From: Bacteroidales bacterium
GTDB taxonomy: Bacteria; Bacteroidota; Bacteroidia; Bacteroidales; Lentimicrobiaceae
Assembly: GCA_038325075.1 (NCBI GenBank)
Contig: JBBQIQ010000004.1
Coordinates: 260 to 64,259, forward strand
DNA: 64,000 bases
Reading direction: 5' to 3'
Part shown: positions 1 to 8,745 of the stretch, piece after piece
Layout: each line of letters begins with the position of its first letter
How positions within the stretch are numbered: position 1 is the first letter of the stretch
The notes under the pieces: model-generated
The model's database searches: none
The model's input: only the letters and a program-made list of their open reading frames with translations
Told to the model about the DNA's origin: nothing
Translations under genes and position numbers: made by a program

Positions 1-37
1 AAATTTCCTTTCTTACTTCAGAGACAATCCGGCCGGT

Positions 38-2350
38 TCAAAATTTCCCCGGCAAATCCTCCTCAATAGAGGTTTTTTTTACCGGTTTACTGGTCATTTC
101 AAAGATCATCTCTCCGCCAGCCATTAGTTCTTCATGGTTGATAAATAGTTTGCTGGTTGGCTGGCCATTCAATAAAATTCGTTTCACATAAATATTCTCC
201 TTGCTCAGCCCGATCGCACGGATGTTAAAAGTCCTGCCGTTTTCCAGATTCAGTTTAGCTTCGGTAACGGATGGGCTGCCCAGCACATATTCATTGCTTC
301 CGGGGCAAACCGGGTAAAATCCCAGGGCACTGAAAACATACCAGGCCGACATCTGTCCGCAGTCGTCGTTGCCGGGTAATCCGCCGGGCGTGGGCGCGTA
401 CAGATTATCCATAATTTGATGAACCCGTTGCTGTGTTTTCCAGGGCGCGCCTGCATAGTTGTACAGGTAAGGCACATGGTGGCTGGGCTCATTGCCATGC
501 ACATAATTGCCGATGATGCCCCGTTTGTCAATATCCTCCGATTCGGCAATGTGCTTTTCGTCAAGTTGCATGGTGAATAGTGAATCAAGGTGTGCCACAA
601 ACTTTGTATTCCCGCCAGCCCATACGATCATTTTTGCCGGGTCGTGTGGAACATACAACGAGTAATTCCAGGCATTGCCCTCGATAAAGCCCTGGCCTTC
701 CGTTTTTAAAGGATCAAAGTCTTTCTGCCAGCTTCCATCAGCCAGTTTAGGCCTGATAAAACCGGTTGTACTATCATAAAGCTGTTCAAAGGATCGGGCG
801 CGCCGGTCAAAGATTCCGGCAATTCCTCTCTGTCCGGTCTTTTCGGCCATCCGGGCAATACACCAGTCATCGTATGCATATTCCAGCGTTTTGGAGGCGG
901 CATTGGTGGTAAGGTCCGAAGGGGCATATCCGAATTTCATATAATCGCCAATGCCATCGTAGGGTGCGTAGGTTGCACTGGCTACCATGGCATCAAGGGC
1001 TTCGGCCGCTTCAAAACCTGTAATTCCTTTCAGGAAAGCATCGGCAATCACGGGCACAGCGTGGTAACCGATCATACACCAGTTTTCGTTGCCCTGGTGC
1101 GACCAGATGGGAAGAATGCCATGAACACTCTGCTTTCGGTGTGCAAGCATGGAATTCACCATATCCGAAGTGCGCTTTTGCTGCACAATCGTCAGTAAGG
1201 GGTGCAATGCCCGGTAAGTGTCCCAGAGCGAAAAGGTTGAATAGTTGGTGAAGTCTTCTGCCTGATGGATGTTCTGGTCAATACCTCGGTATTTTCTATC
1301 CACATCCATATAAATGGTGGGCGACAGGAAGGCATGATAAAGACTGGTGTAGAAATTCTGCTTTACCTCTTCCGTTCCGGAAACCTGTATCCTGCCAAGT
1401 TCTTTATTCCAGGCTTCAGAAGCTTCCAATCTTATCTGGTCAAAATTGAAACCAGGCACTTCTGACCGTAGGTTGTTCAGCGCCCCTTCGGTACTGACGG
1501 CCGATAAGGCTACTTTCACCAGCAATTGTTCTCCGTCTTTCATGTTAAACCTGAACCAGGCTTTTACATTTTTGCCAGCCATCTCCGGGAAATTTTCCCT
1601 TTCGTTGAACTTGCGATAAAACCCTCGGTAGATAATTTCTTCCGCATTTTCATACCCATAACTGCTGATGGGCTTTGACAATACCATCGCGAAATAGATG
1701 GTACGTGTGCGCGCCCAGCCACGGGTTTGCCGGTAACCGGTTATCAGGGTATCGTTCTCAACGCGTAAAAATTGCCAGATGTTTTTTCCCGGATAGTTAT
1801 AGATTCCGGCTGTCATATCGAGTATCAGGTTGGTTTCACTTGCTTCTTTATATGTATAGCGATGAAAACCAACCCTTTCGGTGGTGGTAAGTTCAGCAAA
1901 AATCTGATAGTCATCCAGCATAACTGAATAGTAGCCGGGTGAAGCTGATTCCCGCTCATGCGAAAAACGGCTGCGGTAACCCGAATCCGGATTGTCCCGG
2001 GTTCCGGGATTAAGTTTCAGTGGCCCGGTGGTGGGCATCAGCAGGAAATCGCCCAGATCGCTGTGGCCGGTTCCTGAGAAGTGGGTGTGGCTGAATCCGC
2101 AAATGGTTTTGTCGTTGTACTGATAACCGGCGCAATAAGCATAAACGTCTTTATTATAACCCTGCCCTGTGGAATACGGAACCGTATCTGTATCAGGGCT
2201 AAGCTGCACCATCCCGAAAGGAATAGTGGCTCCGGGATAGGTATGCCCCATGTGGTCGGTGCCGGTAAAAGGGTTAACATAATCAACCGGCTGCTGACCG
2301 AAAAGCAGGGTGGTGTTAAGTATTGCGATCAGGCAAAAAATACTTTTCAT
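38..2350 (-). CDS. GH92 family glycoside hydrolase (alpha-1,2-mannosidase-like), secreted
   Basis: Signal peptide from MKSIF (ORF track starts at 2371); GH92 motifs GHTYPGATIPFGMVQLSPDT, FSLWDTYRALHPL, EGNAWNY, HGNEPSHH, PGNDDCGQMSAW. Confidence 0.92.
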   Translation of the reverse strand: MKSIFCLIAILNTTLLFGQQPVDYVNPFTGTDHMGHTYPGATIPFGMVQLSPDTDTVPYSTGQGYNKDVYAYCAGYQYNDKTICGFSHTHFSGTGHSDLGDFLLMPTTGPLKLNPGTRDNPDSGYRSRFSHERESASPGYYSVMLDDYQIFAELTTTERVGFHRYTYKEASETNLILDMTAGIYNYPGKNIWQFLRVENDTLITGYRQTRGWARTRTIYFAMVLSKPISSYGYENAEEIIYRGFYRKFNERENFPEMAGKNVKAWFRFNMKDGEQLLVKVALSAVSTEGALNNLRSEVPGFNFDQIRLEASEAWNKELGRIQVSGTEEVKQNFYTSLYHAFLSPTIYMDVDRKYRGIDQNIHQAEDFTNYSTFSLWDTYRALHPLLTIVQQKRTSDMVNSMLAHRKQSVHGILPIWSHQGNENWCMIGYHAVPVIADAFLKGITGFEAAEALDAMVASATYAPYDGIGDYMKFGYAPSDLTTNAASKTLEYAYDDWCIARMAEKTGQRGIAGIFDRRARSFEQLYDSTTGFIRPKLADGSWQKDFDPLKTEGQGFIEGNAWNYSLYVPHDPAKMIVWAGGNTKFVAHLDSLFTMQLDEKHIAESEDIDKRGIIGNYVHGNEPSHHVPYLYNYAGAPWKTQQRVHQIMDNLYAPTPGGLPGNDDCGQMSAWYVFSALGFYPVCPGSNEYVLGSPSVTEAKLNLENGRTFNIRAIGLSKENIYVKRILLNGQPTSKLFINHEELMAGGEMIFEMTSKPVKKTSIEEDLPGKF

Positions 2351-2526
2351 GAAGTCTTTACTTTGATTCATGAAGCAAACTTAATTAAAATGAGCAAAAG
2401 CCGGATAAATGTCAACTTATTTCCTGTGCAGGTTCATTGGGAGAAAAATCTACGTACATTTAATCCACTTATATTTGTATATCAGAGATTATCCTGAAGT
2501 TGTTCATTTACACCAAATCTTAAACT

Positions 2527-3984
2527 ATGGCAAAAGTAGTCGTTTTGGGCGCTGGCATTGCAGGGCATACCGCTGCTGCATTTCTGCGCAAGAAACTTAG
2601 TAAACAACACGAAGTGGTGGTCGTTACCCCGAATTCTTATTACCAATGGATCCCATCCAACATATGGGTTGGCGTTGGCCGGATGACCATCGACCAGGTC
2701 AGATTCAAACTGGCACCGCTTTATAAAAGGTGGGGCATCGATTTCAGGCAGGCCCGTGCGGTGAGTATTCATCCGGAAGGGAGTTCAGGTTCCGGAAAGC
2801 CGTTTGTCAGCATCGAATACACAACCGATGACAAAAAAGGTGTCACCGATCAGGTCGAATACGACTTCCTGGTAAACGCCACTGGTCCGAAACTTAATTT
2901 TGAAGCCACTGAAGGCCTGGGCCCCGGAAAAAATACCGTCTCAGTTTGTTCGTTTGATCATGCAGCCCATGCCTGGGAAAAACTGCAGGAATCCATTGCC
3001 AGGATGGAGAAAGGGGAGAAGCAGCGGTTTGTAATTGGCACGGGACATCCTATGGCTACCTGTCAGGGTGCTGCATTCGAATACATTCTGAATGTGGCTT
3101 ATGAAATTCGCAAACGCAAGCTGGAGCATCTGGCCGAAATCACCTGGCTTACCAACGAATATGAACTGGGCGACTTTGGAATGGGAGGTGCTTACATCAA
3201 ACGGGGGGGCTATATAACCTCTACCCGCGTTTTTGCCGAATCGTTTCTGGGCGAAAATGGCATCAAATGGATTAAACGGGCCGGAGTGAAGAAAGTTGAA
3301 CCCGGGCTTATTCACTACGAAACCCTTGATGGCGAAGAAAAACAAATAGGATTTGATTTCTCTATGTTGATCCCCGGTTTTGCAGGCGTTGGCCTGAAAG
3401 CTTATGACAAAGCAGGTACCGATATTTCTTCAGCCTTGTTTGCGCCCAGTGGCCTGATGAAAGTGGATGCCAACTACACGCCGAAACCTTTTGACGACTG
3501 GAGTGCGGCAGATTGGCCCGAAACCTATCAGAGCCCGGCATACAAAAATATTTATGCACCCGGAATTGCCTTTGCACCGCCACATGCCATATCAAAACCA
3601 ATGACAAGTAAAAACGGTACAGCCATCTTTCCCTCTCCTCCACGTACAGGTATGCCATCCGGCGTTATGGGTAAAATTGTGGCTGAGAATATCATCAACG
3701 AAATAAAAACCGGCAAAGAGGAATTTAAACACAAGGCAAGCATGGGCCGGATGGGCGCTGCTTGTATTATATCGGCCGGCTTTGGAATGACAAAGGGAGC
3801 AGCGGCAACCATGACTGTACATCCGATTGTTCCCGACTGGGAAAAATACCCGGAATATGGCCGCGATATTAAATACACCATTGGCGAAGCCGGACTGGCA
3901 GGTCATTGGATGAAGTGGTTTATGCACTATATGTTTCTGCATAAAGCCAAAGGCTACCCATTCTGGTGGCTGTTGCCAGAATAA
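2527..3984 (+). CDS. sqr: Sulfide:quinone oxidoreductase (FAD-dependent; resembles Chlorobi SqrD-type)
   Basis: GxGxxG (LGAGIAG), YQWIPSNIWVGVG, Cys in VCSFDH, TCQGAAFE and GAACI, C-terminal amphipathic W/F-rich helices. Confidence 0.8.
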   Translation: MAKVVVLGAGIAGHTAAAFLRKKLSKQHEVVVVTPNSYYQWIPSNIWVGVGRMTIDQVRFKLAPLYKRWGIDFRQARAVSIHPEGSSGSGKPFVSIEYTTDDKKGVTDQVEYDFLVNATGPKLNFEATEGLGPGKNTVSVCSFDHAAHAWEKLQESIARMEKGEKQRFVIGTGHPMATCQGAAFEYILNVAYEIRKRKLEHLAEITWLTNEYELGDFGMGGAYIKRGGYITSTRVFAESFLGENGIKWIKRAGVKKVEPGLIHYETLDGEEKQIGFDFSMLIPGFAGVGLKAYDKAGTDISSALFAPSGLMKVDANYTPKPFDDWSAADWPETYQSPAYKNIYAPGIAFAPPHAISKPMTSKNGTAIFPSPPRTGMPSGVMGKIVAENIINEIKTGKEEFKHKASMGRMGAACIISAGFGMTKGAAATMTVHPIVPDWEKYPEYGRDIKYTIGEAGLAGHWMKWFMHYMFLHKAKGYPFWWLLPE

Positions 3985-4021
3985 ACCCATCACAACACTA
4001 ATTTTTGAAAACAAATAAATC

Positions 4022-4180
4022 ATGAAAAATAAAACCATACAAGCCTATTCCGATGAGTCATATCCTCCTTTCCCAACAAAAAGCACGCTTTTCTGGCGGC
4101 GTTTTGTCCCCTGGCAGGCATTCCGCTTTTTTGTTCTGAATCTCAGAATTTTGAAAATTGTAGTGGGTGGGCACTCCTGA
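4022..4180 (+). CDS. 52-aa small protein immediately downstream of sqr (MKNKTIQAYSDESYPPFPTKSTLFWRRFVPWQAFRFFVLNLRILKIVVGGHS)
   Basis: Translated by hand (below the ORF-track cutoff); ATG 37 nt after the sqr stop behind an A-rich leader; amphipathic aromatic/basic composition. Confidence 0.65.
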   Translation: MKNKTIQAYSDESYPPFPTKSTLFWRRFVPWQAFRFFVLNLRILKIVVGGHS

Positions 4181-4214
4181 TGTAGGATGTCGGAAGTCGG
4201 AGGTCAGATGTCAG

Positions 4215-4313
4215 CCCTTCGACATGGTTCGACATGGTTCGACATGGTTCGACAAGAGCTCACCAACCGAGAGCTCACCAACCGAGAGCTCACCAACCGA
4301 GAGCTCAGGGACC
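4215..4313. repeat. Triple-nested REP-like element: CCCTTCGACA [TGGTTCGACA]x3 [AGAGCTCACCAACCG]x3 AGAGCTCAGGGACC
   Basis: 99 bp = 24-bp host + 3 x 25-bp unit. Confidence 0.95.
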
Positions 4314-4440
4314 GAGGTCGGAGGTCGGATGTCAGAAGTCGGAAGTCGGAAGTCAGAAGTCGGAAGTCGGAAGTCAGAAATCCGCAATCCGAAGTCGGAA
4401 GTAAGAGGTCAGAAGTCAGATGTCAGAGGTCAGAGGTCAG

Positions 4441-4514
4441 CCCTTCGACATGGTTCGACATGGTTCGACAAGAGCTCACCAACCGAGAGCTCACCAACCG
4501 AGAGCTCAGGGACC
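4441..4514. repeat. Double-nested copy of the same element (x2/x2)
   Basis: 74 bp = 24 + 2 x 25. Confidence 0.95.
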
Positions 4515-4599
4515 GAGGTCGGAGGTCGGAAGTCGAAAGTCGGAGGTAAGAAGTAAGAGGTCGGAAGTCGGAGGTAAGAAGTCGGAAGTAAGAGGTCGG

Positions 4600-4646
4600 C
4601 CCTTCGGCTTGGTTCGACTGCGCTCACCAACCACCACCCAGGGACC
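4600..4646. repeat. Single-nested variant: CCCTTCGGCT [TGGTTCGACTGCGCTCACCAACCA] CCACCCAGGGACC
   Basis: 24-bp variant insert at the same position (after TTCGRCN) in a variant host. Confidence 0.9.
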
Positions 4647-4677
4647 GATGTCGGAAGTCAGAAGTAAGAAGTAGGAA

Positions 4678-4933
4678 AAAATCCGCAATCCGCAATCCGC
4701 AATCTGAAATCCGAAATCCGCAATCTGAAATCCGCAATCTGAAATCCGAAATCTGAAATCCGCAATCTGAAATCCGAAATCCGCAATCTGAAATCCGAAA
4801 TCCGCAATCTGAAATCTGAAATCCGAAATCCGAAATCCGGAATCTGAAATCCGAAATCCGCAATCTGAAATCCGAAATCCGCAATCTGAAATCCGAAATC
4901 CGCAATCTGAAATCCGAAATCCGCAATCCGAAA
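4678..4933 (-). repeat. About 36-copy heptamer array (AAATCCG/CAATCTG on +; CGGATTT/CAGATTG on -) abutting the polA stop
   Basis: Uninterrupted 7-nt periodicity; source of the spurious RISDF ORF. Confidence 0.95.
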
Positions 4934-7735
4934 TTAATGAGCTTCCAGCCAGTTACTTCCTGTACTCATCTCAATCTCAACCGGTACATCCAGTGTCATG
5001 GCCGTTTTCATCAGTCTTTCGATGACCGGTTTCACCAGGTCAACTTCGGGTTTATAGACATCAAAAACCAACTCATCATGCACCTGGAGGATCATTTTCG
5101 ATTTCAGGTTCATTTTGCTTAATTCATTGTAAATGTTGATCATAGCAATCTTGATCATGTCGGCCGAAGAGCCCTGAATCGGCGCATTGATGGCGTTTCG
5201 TTCGGCGAAGCCCCGCACAATGGCATTACCAGAATTGATGTCGCGCAGATAACGCCGGCGTTTCTTCAGGGTTTCAACGTATCCATGGGCCTTTGCAAAG
5301 ACGATGGTATTGGCCATATATTCCCTGATCCCGGGGAAGCGGTCAAAGTACTGGCTGATGATATCGGCGGCTTCACGCCTTGGGATGCCAAGCCTTTCAG
5401 AAAGCCCAAAGGCTGATATGCCATAGATAATTCCGAAGTTCACAGTTTTGGCGTTTCGGCGCATTTCCCTGGTAACCTCTTCAACTTCAACATTGTAAAT
5501 GCGTGCTGCGGTAGCCGTGTGAATATCGATGCCCTGCCGGAAAGCTTCCTGCATGGCAGAATCTCCGCTGATATGGGCGATAACCCTGAGTTCAATCTGC
5601 GAATAGTCGGCTGAAAGTAAAGTATATTCTTCATTGCGCGGGACAAATGCCTTCCGGATTTCGCGCCCCCTGTCGGTACGGATGGGAATATTCTGAAGGT
5701 TCGGATTGTTGGAGCTGAGCCTTCCGGTAGAAGCAACCGCCTGGTTATAAGAGGTATGAACCCTCCCGGTTTTATGATTGATCAGTAAAGGAAGCGTATC
5801 CACGTAGGTGGATTTGAGCTTGGTAAGCGACCGGTAATCAAGAATCTGTTGAATTATGGGATGTTTGTTGATGAGCTTTTGAAGAATCTCTTCCCCTGTT
5901 GAATGCTGTTTGGTTTTTGTCTGTTTGGGATTGTCAACCAGCTTCATTCGGTCGAAAAGCACTTCGCCCAATTGTTTGGGTGAGCCGATGTTGAACTTCA
6001 TCCCGGCAAGAGTATAGATTTCAGTTTCTACCTGCCTGATCTCGATCCCGAGTTCAGCAGAATAAGCATTCAGATTTTCATTGTCGATTTTTACCCCTTC
6101 GGCTTCCATGGCTGCAAGAACCTTGATCAGTGGGATTTCTATCTCGTCGAAAAGCGCGCGGGTTTCGGTCTGTTCGAGCAAAGGTTCGAGTTTGTGGCGC
6201 AGTTGAAGGGTGATGTCGGCATCTTCGGCGGCATACTCTTTAATTGTTTCCTGCTCAACCATGCGCATATTCAATTGGTTCTTGCCTTTTTTACCAATCA
6301 GGTTTTCGATCGAAACCGGCCTGTAATTAAGGTAGGTATGGGCCAGATAATCCATGTTGTGGCGCAGGTCGGGCTCAATAAGGTAGTGTGCCAGCATGGT
6401 ATCGAACAATGGGCCGTTTACAACAATGTTATAATTGGAAAGGATTGAAATGTCGAACTTCATATTCTGACCGGTTTTGCCTATGGCCGGATCAGCAAAA
6501 ATTCCTGCGAATTCAGCCGTAATTTCGCTGGCAGCCTTCGTGTTGTTGGGTACCGGAACATACCAGGCCTCACCGGCTTTAATGGCAAACGACATCCCTA
6601 CCAGTTCGGCATCAAGGGTATCCAGGCCGGTGGTTTCAGTATCGAAGCAAAAAGACCCGGCCGATTTCAGTTGCATGATTAGTTGGGCGCGCTTTTCCGG
6701 TGTATCAGCCAGGTGATAGGTGTGTGGTGTATTTTCTATTGTTCTGATGTTTGATTCTTCGGGAAGTGCTTCGTTCATGGAGCTGAAAAGGTCAGGCGCT
6801 GTTGTAGGCGAACTCTGTATGGAAATGTTCGGGCTTCCGTTTTTAAGCGACAGGTCAGTGAAAACCCGTTTGGCAAAGGTCATGAACTCAAGCTCATCCA
6901 GCACCGCTTTTAAGGCTGGCACATCCGGATTTGTTAACTTCAGGGCTTCTTCATCAAATGCAATAGGGACATCCAGAATAATGGTAGCCAGTTCTTTCGA
7001 CATCAAGGCCTGTTGGCTGAAATCCTTCACCTTTTGGCGCATAGGCTCTTTTTCGATTTTATCGGCATTGGCGATCAGGTTTTCGATGTTGTCGAAATCC
7101 TCAAGCAGTTTTCGCGCCGTTACTTCGCCCACGCCCGGGATGCCGGGGATATTATCCGATACATCGCCCCAGAGGCCAAGCATATCGATGACCTGATCGG
7201 GCCGTTTTACACCGAACTTTTCACAGACTTCCTTTATGCCCATGATAACGGGTTTCTCGCCGGGTTTGCCGGGCTTGTATTGCAGAATATTATCGGTCAC
7301 CAACTGTCCGAAATCCTTATCCGGCGTCATCATAAACACCTTGTAACCTTTATTGCCGGCCTGCCTGGCCAGGGTCCCGATAACATCATCCGCTTCAAAG
7401 CCATCAACAGCAAGAATCGGCACATTAAAGGCCTCAATCAGTCGTATAATATAGGGAATTGCTGTGGCAATATCTTCTGGCATGCTCTCGCGTTGAGCTT
7501 TATAGGCTGGAAAGCTCTCATGCCTGACGGTGGGTGCCTGGGTGTCGAAAGCCACGCCAATGTGGGTTGGCTTTTCATTCTTAATGACATCGTAAAGCGA
7601 ATTGGCAAAGCCCAGCACCGCGGAAGTATTCAGCCCTTTTGAGGTAATTCGGGGGTTTCTGTTAAGTGCATAATAGGCCCTGTAAATCAAGGCCATAGCA
7701 TCTAAAAGGAATAATTTATTATCGGGCTGTGACAT
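4934..7735 (-). CDS. polA: DNA polymerase I
   Basis: 5'-3' exo (LLDAMALIYRAY, GFEADDVIG), 3'-5' exo (FDTETTG), polymerase motifs ADYSQIELR, AKTVNFGIIYG, QVHDELVF. Confidence 0.99.
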   Translation of the reverse strand: MSQPDNKLFLLDAMALIYRAYYALNRNPRITSKGLNTSAVLGFANSLYDVIKNEKPTHIGVAFDTQAPTVRHESFPAYKAQRESMPEDIATAIPYIIRLIEAFNVPILAVDGFEADDVIGTLARQAGNKGYKVFMMTPDKDFGQLVTDNILQYKPGKPGEKPVIMGIKEVCEKFGVKRPDQVIDMLGLWGDVSDNIPGIPGVGEVTARKLLEDFDNIENLIANADKIEKEPMRQKVKDFSQQALMSKELATIILDVPIAFDEEALKLTNPDVPALKAVLDELEFMTFAKRVFTDLSLKNGSPNISIQSSPTTAPDLFSSMNEALPEESNIRTIENTPHTYHLADTPEKRAQLIMQLKSAGSFCFDTETTGLDTLDAELVGMSFAIKAGEAWYVPVPNNTKAASEITAEFAGIFADPAIGKTGQNMKFDISILSNYNIVVNGPLFDTMLAHYLIEPDLRHNMDYLAHTYLNYRPVSIENLIGKKGKNQLNMRMVEQETIKEYAAEDADITLQLRHKLEPLLEQTETRALFDEIEIPLIKVLAAMEAEGVKIDNENLNAYSAELGIEIRQVETEIYTLAGMKFNIGSPKQLGEVLFDRMKLVDNPKQTKTKQHSTGEEILQKLINKHPIIQQILDYRSLTKLKSTYVDTLPLLINHKTGRVHTSYNQAVASTGRLSSNNPNLQNIPIRTDRGREIRKAFVPRNEEYTLLSADYSQIELRVIAHISGDSAMQEAFRQGIDIHTATAARIYNVEVEEVTREMRRNAKTVNFGIIYGISAFGLSERLGIPRREAADIISQYFDRFPGIREYMANTIVFAKAHGYVETLKKRRRYLRDINSGNAIVRGFAERNAINAPIQGSSADMIKIAMINIYNELSKMNLKSKMILQVHDELVFDVYKPEVDLVKPVIERLMKTAMTLDVPVEIEMSTGSNWLEAH

Positions 7736-7805
7736 GGTGGTGGCTGATTCAGTTTATTAATTTGAGTCTGATTGAATGATCAAACTAAAGATAATGTCGT
7801 TTTGA

Positions 7806-7813
7806 CAAAGGTA
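7806..7813 (-). promoter_or_regulatory. Bacteroidota -7 promoter element (TACCTTTG) upstream of polA
   Basis: Exact TAnnTTTG match on the minus strand about 70 nt before the start. Confidence 0.6.
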
Positions 7814-8065
7814 ATAAACAAGTGAATCGGAATCAGGTTTAGCTTTTTGAGTAAGAAGTTTGCAGGTTGATTTCTCTTTTTAAAGGGTACTATGCAATTA
7901 TTGGCGGATTGGACGTATGTGACAAGTTTCGTAACTCTTCAAATGATAGATCAATAAACGTGATCATACGTCTTTTCAACACATAGACACATAGAATTAC
8001 ATAGTCACATAGAAAAATTTCTATCACTACAATGCTTAAAATTCGTTGTTCCAATCTCTATTCAC

Positions 8066-8255
8066 CCTGCTCCATGTTCCATTGCCCTGAGCTAAATGGG
8101 AAGAGGGGCGCCAGACAGGGATGGGGGGCGAACCTCCCCATGTCCCCATTTCCCCTGGTCTTTTTGTCTGTTTCTATAGAGACGAAACCTCACTTTTCAA
8201 TGCCATGCCCCATGCCCTGTGCCCTGTGCTCTGTGCTCTTCGCCTTCGCCCGCTG
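8066..8255 (-). repeat. Heptamer array (GGGCACA/GGGCATG on -) plus two blocks shared in inverted orientation with the 32.3-32.7 kb region
   Basis: GCCCTGAGCTAAATGGG (8084-8100) and the ~8146-8220 block match the reverse complements of 32360-32376 and ~32598-32670. Confidence 0.85.
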
Positions 8256-8609
8256 CTACTTCTTCTCCCTGAGCACCAACATATAGAAATCATTATCCAG
8301 TGGCAGATACCCATATTCATAAATAAAGCGATAGGTGCTGCCTTTCTGGGTGATATAAAGATTTGTAAAATAATTGAAATTGAACCCCAGGTTCGATAGT
8401 TTTTCCTTGTGTACCGTTACTTTGTCAGCAGGAACCAGCTCGGAAAGAATCCGCCTGTTCTTTTTCAGGATGCCGTTTACCTGCCTGACCGTGGCACTGC
8501 TGTCGCTGTTTAGCTTGTTGTTGTAGTTGTTCCGGCACTGATCGCTGCAAAATTTCTTGTCGGTCCTGCCCACTATGGGTTCACCACAATCGAGACATGT
8601 TTTTTGCAT
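8256..8609 (-). CDS. Small Zn-ribbon protein (DUF2116-like N-terminus; conserved Bacteroidota hypothetical)
   Basis: CLDCG-x11-FCSDQCRNNYNN four-Cys motif. Confidence 0.8.
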   Translation of the reverse strand: MQKTCLDCGEPIVGRTDKKFCSDQCRNNYNNKLNSDSSATVRQVNGILKKNRRILSELVPADKVTVHKEKLSNLGFNFNYFTNLYITQKGSTYRFIYEYGYLPLDNDFYMLVLREKK

Positions 8610-8745
8610 AATACGGTATTGTTAAGTGAATGCAAAATATAAAGATAAGAAAAGTCGATTCAATTTGTCAATACTTTTATCCGTTTAGCTGCTCCTTTTA
8701 GCCGAGTATAATAGTAATTATTAGATAAACAAGATGATCAGAATT

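Larger units (their letters stand above)
4184..4676 (+). repeat. Heptamer tandem array (GAAGTCG/GAAGTCA/GAGGTCA) interrupted by three palindromic elements
   Basis: 7-nt periodicity visible directly; produces the spurious SEVRSQK/RKSEVG ORFs. Confidence 0.95.

Noticed and set aside
4215-4514. CRISPR array interpretation of the 10- and 15-bp repeated units
   Set aside because: No unique spacers, units too short, no cas genes; the repeats are nested arms.
4167-4926. ORFs 4167-4556, 4187-4549, 4420-4674, 4430-4630, 4506-4688 and 4624-4926
   Set aside because: Translations of 7-mer and palindrome repeats that are open in several frames on both strands; not credible proteins.
8032-8399. ORFs 8032-8286 and 8121-8399
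   Set aside because: They run through repeat DNA and antisense to the Zn-ribbon gene.
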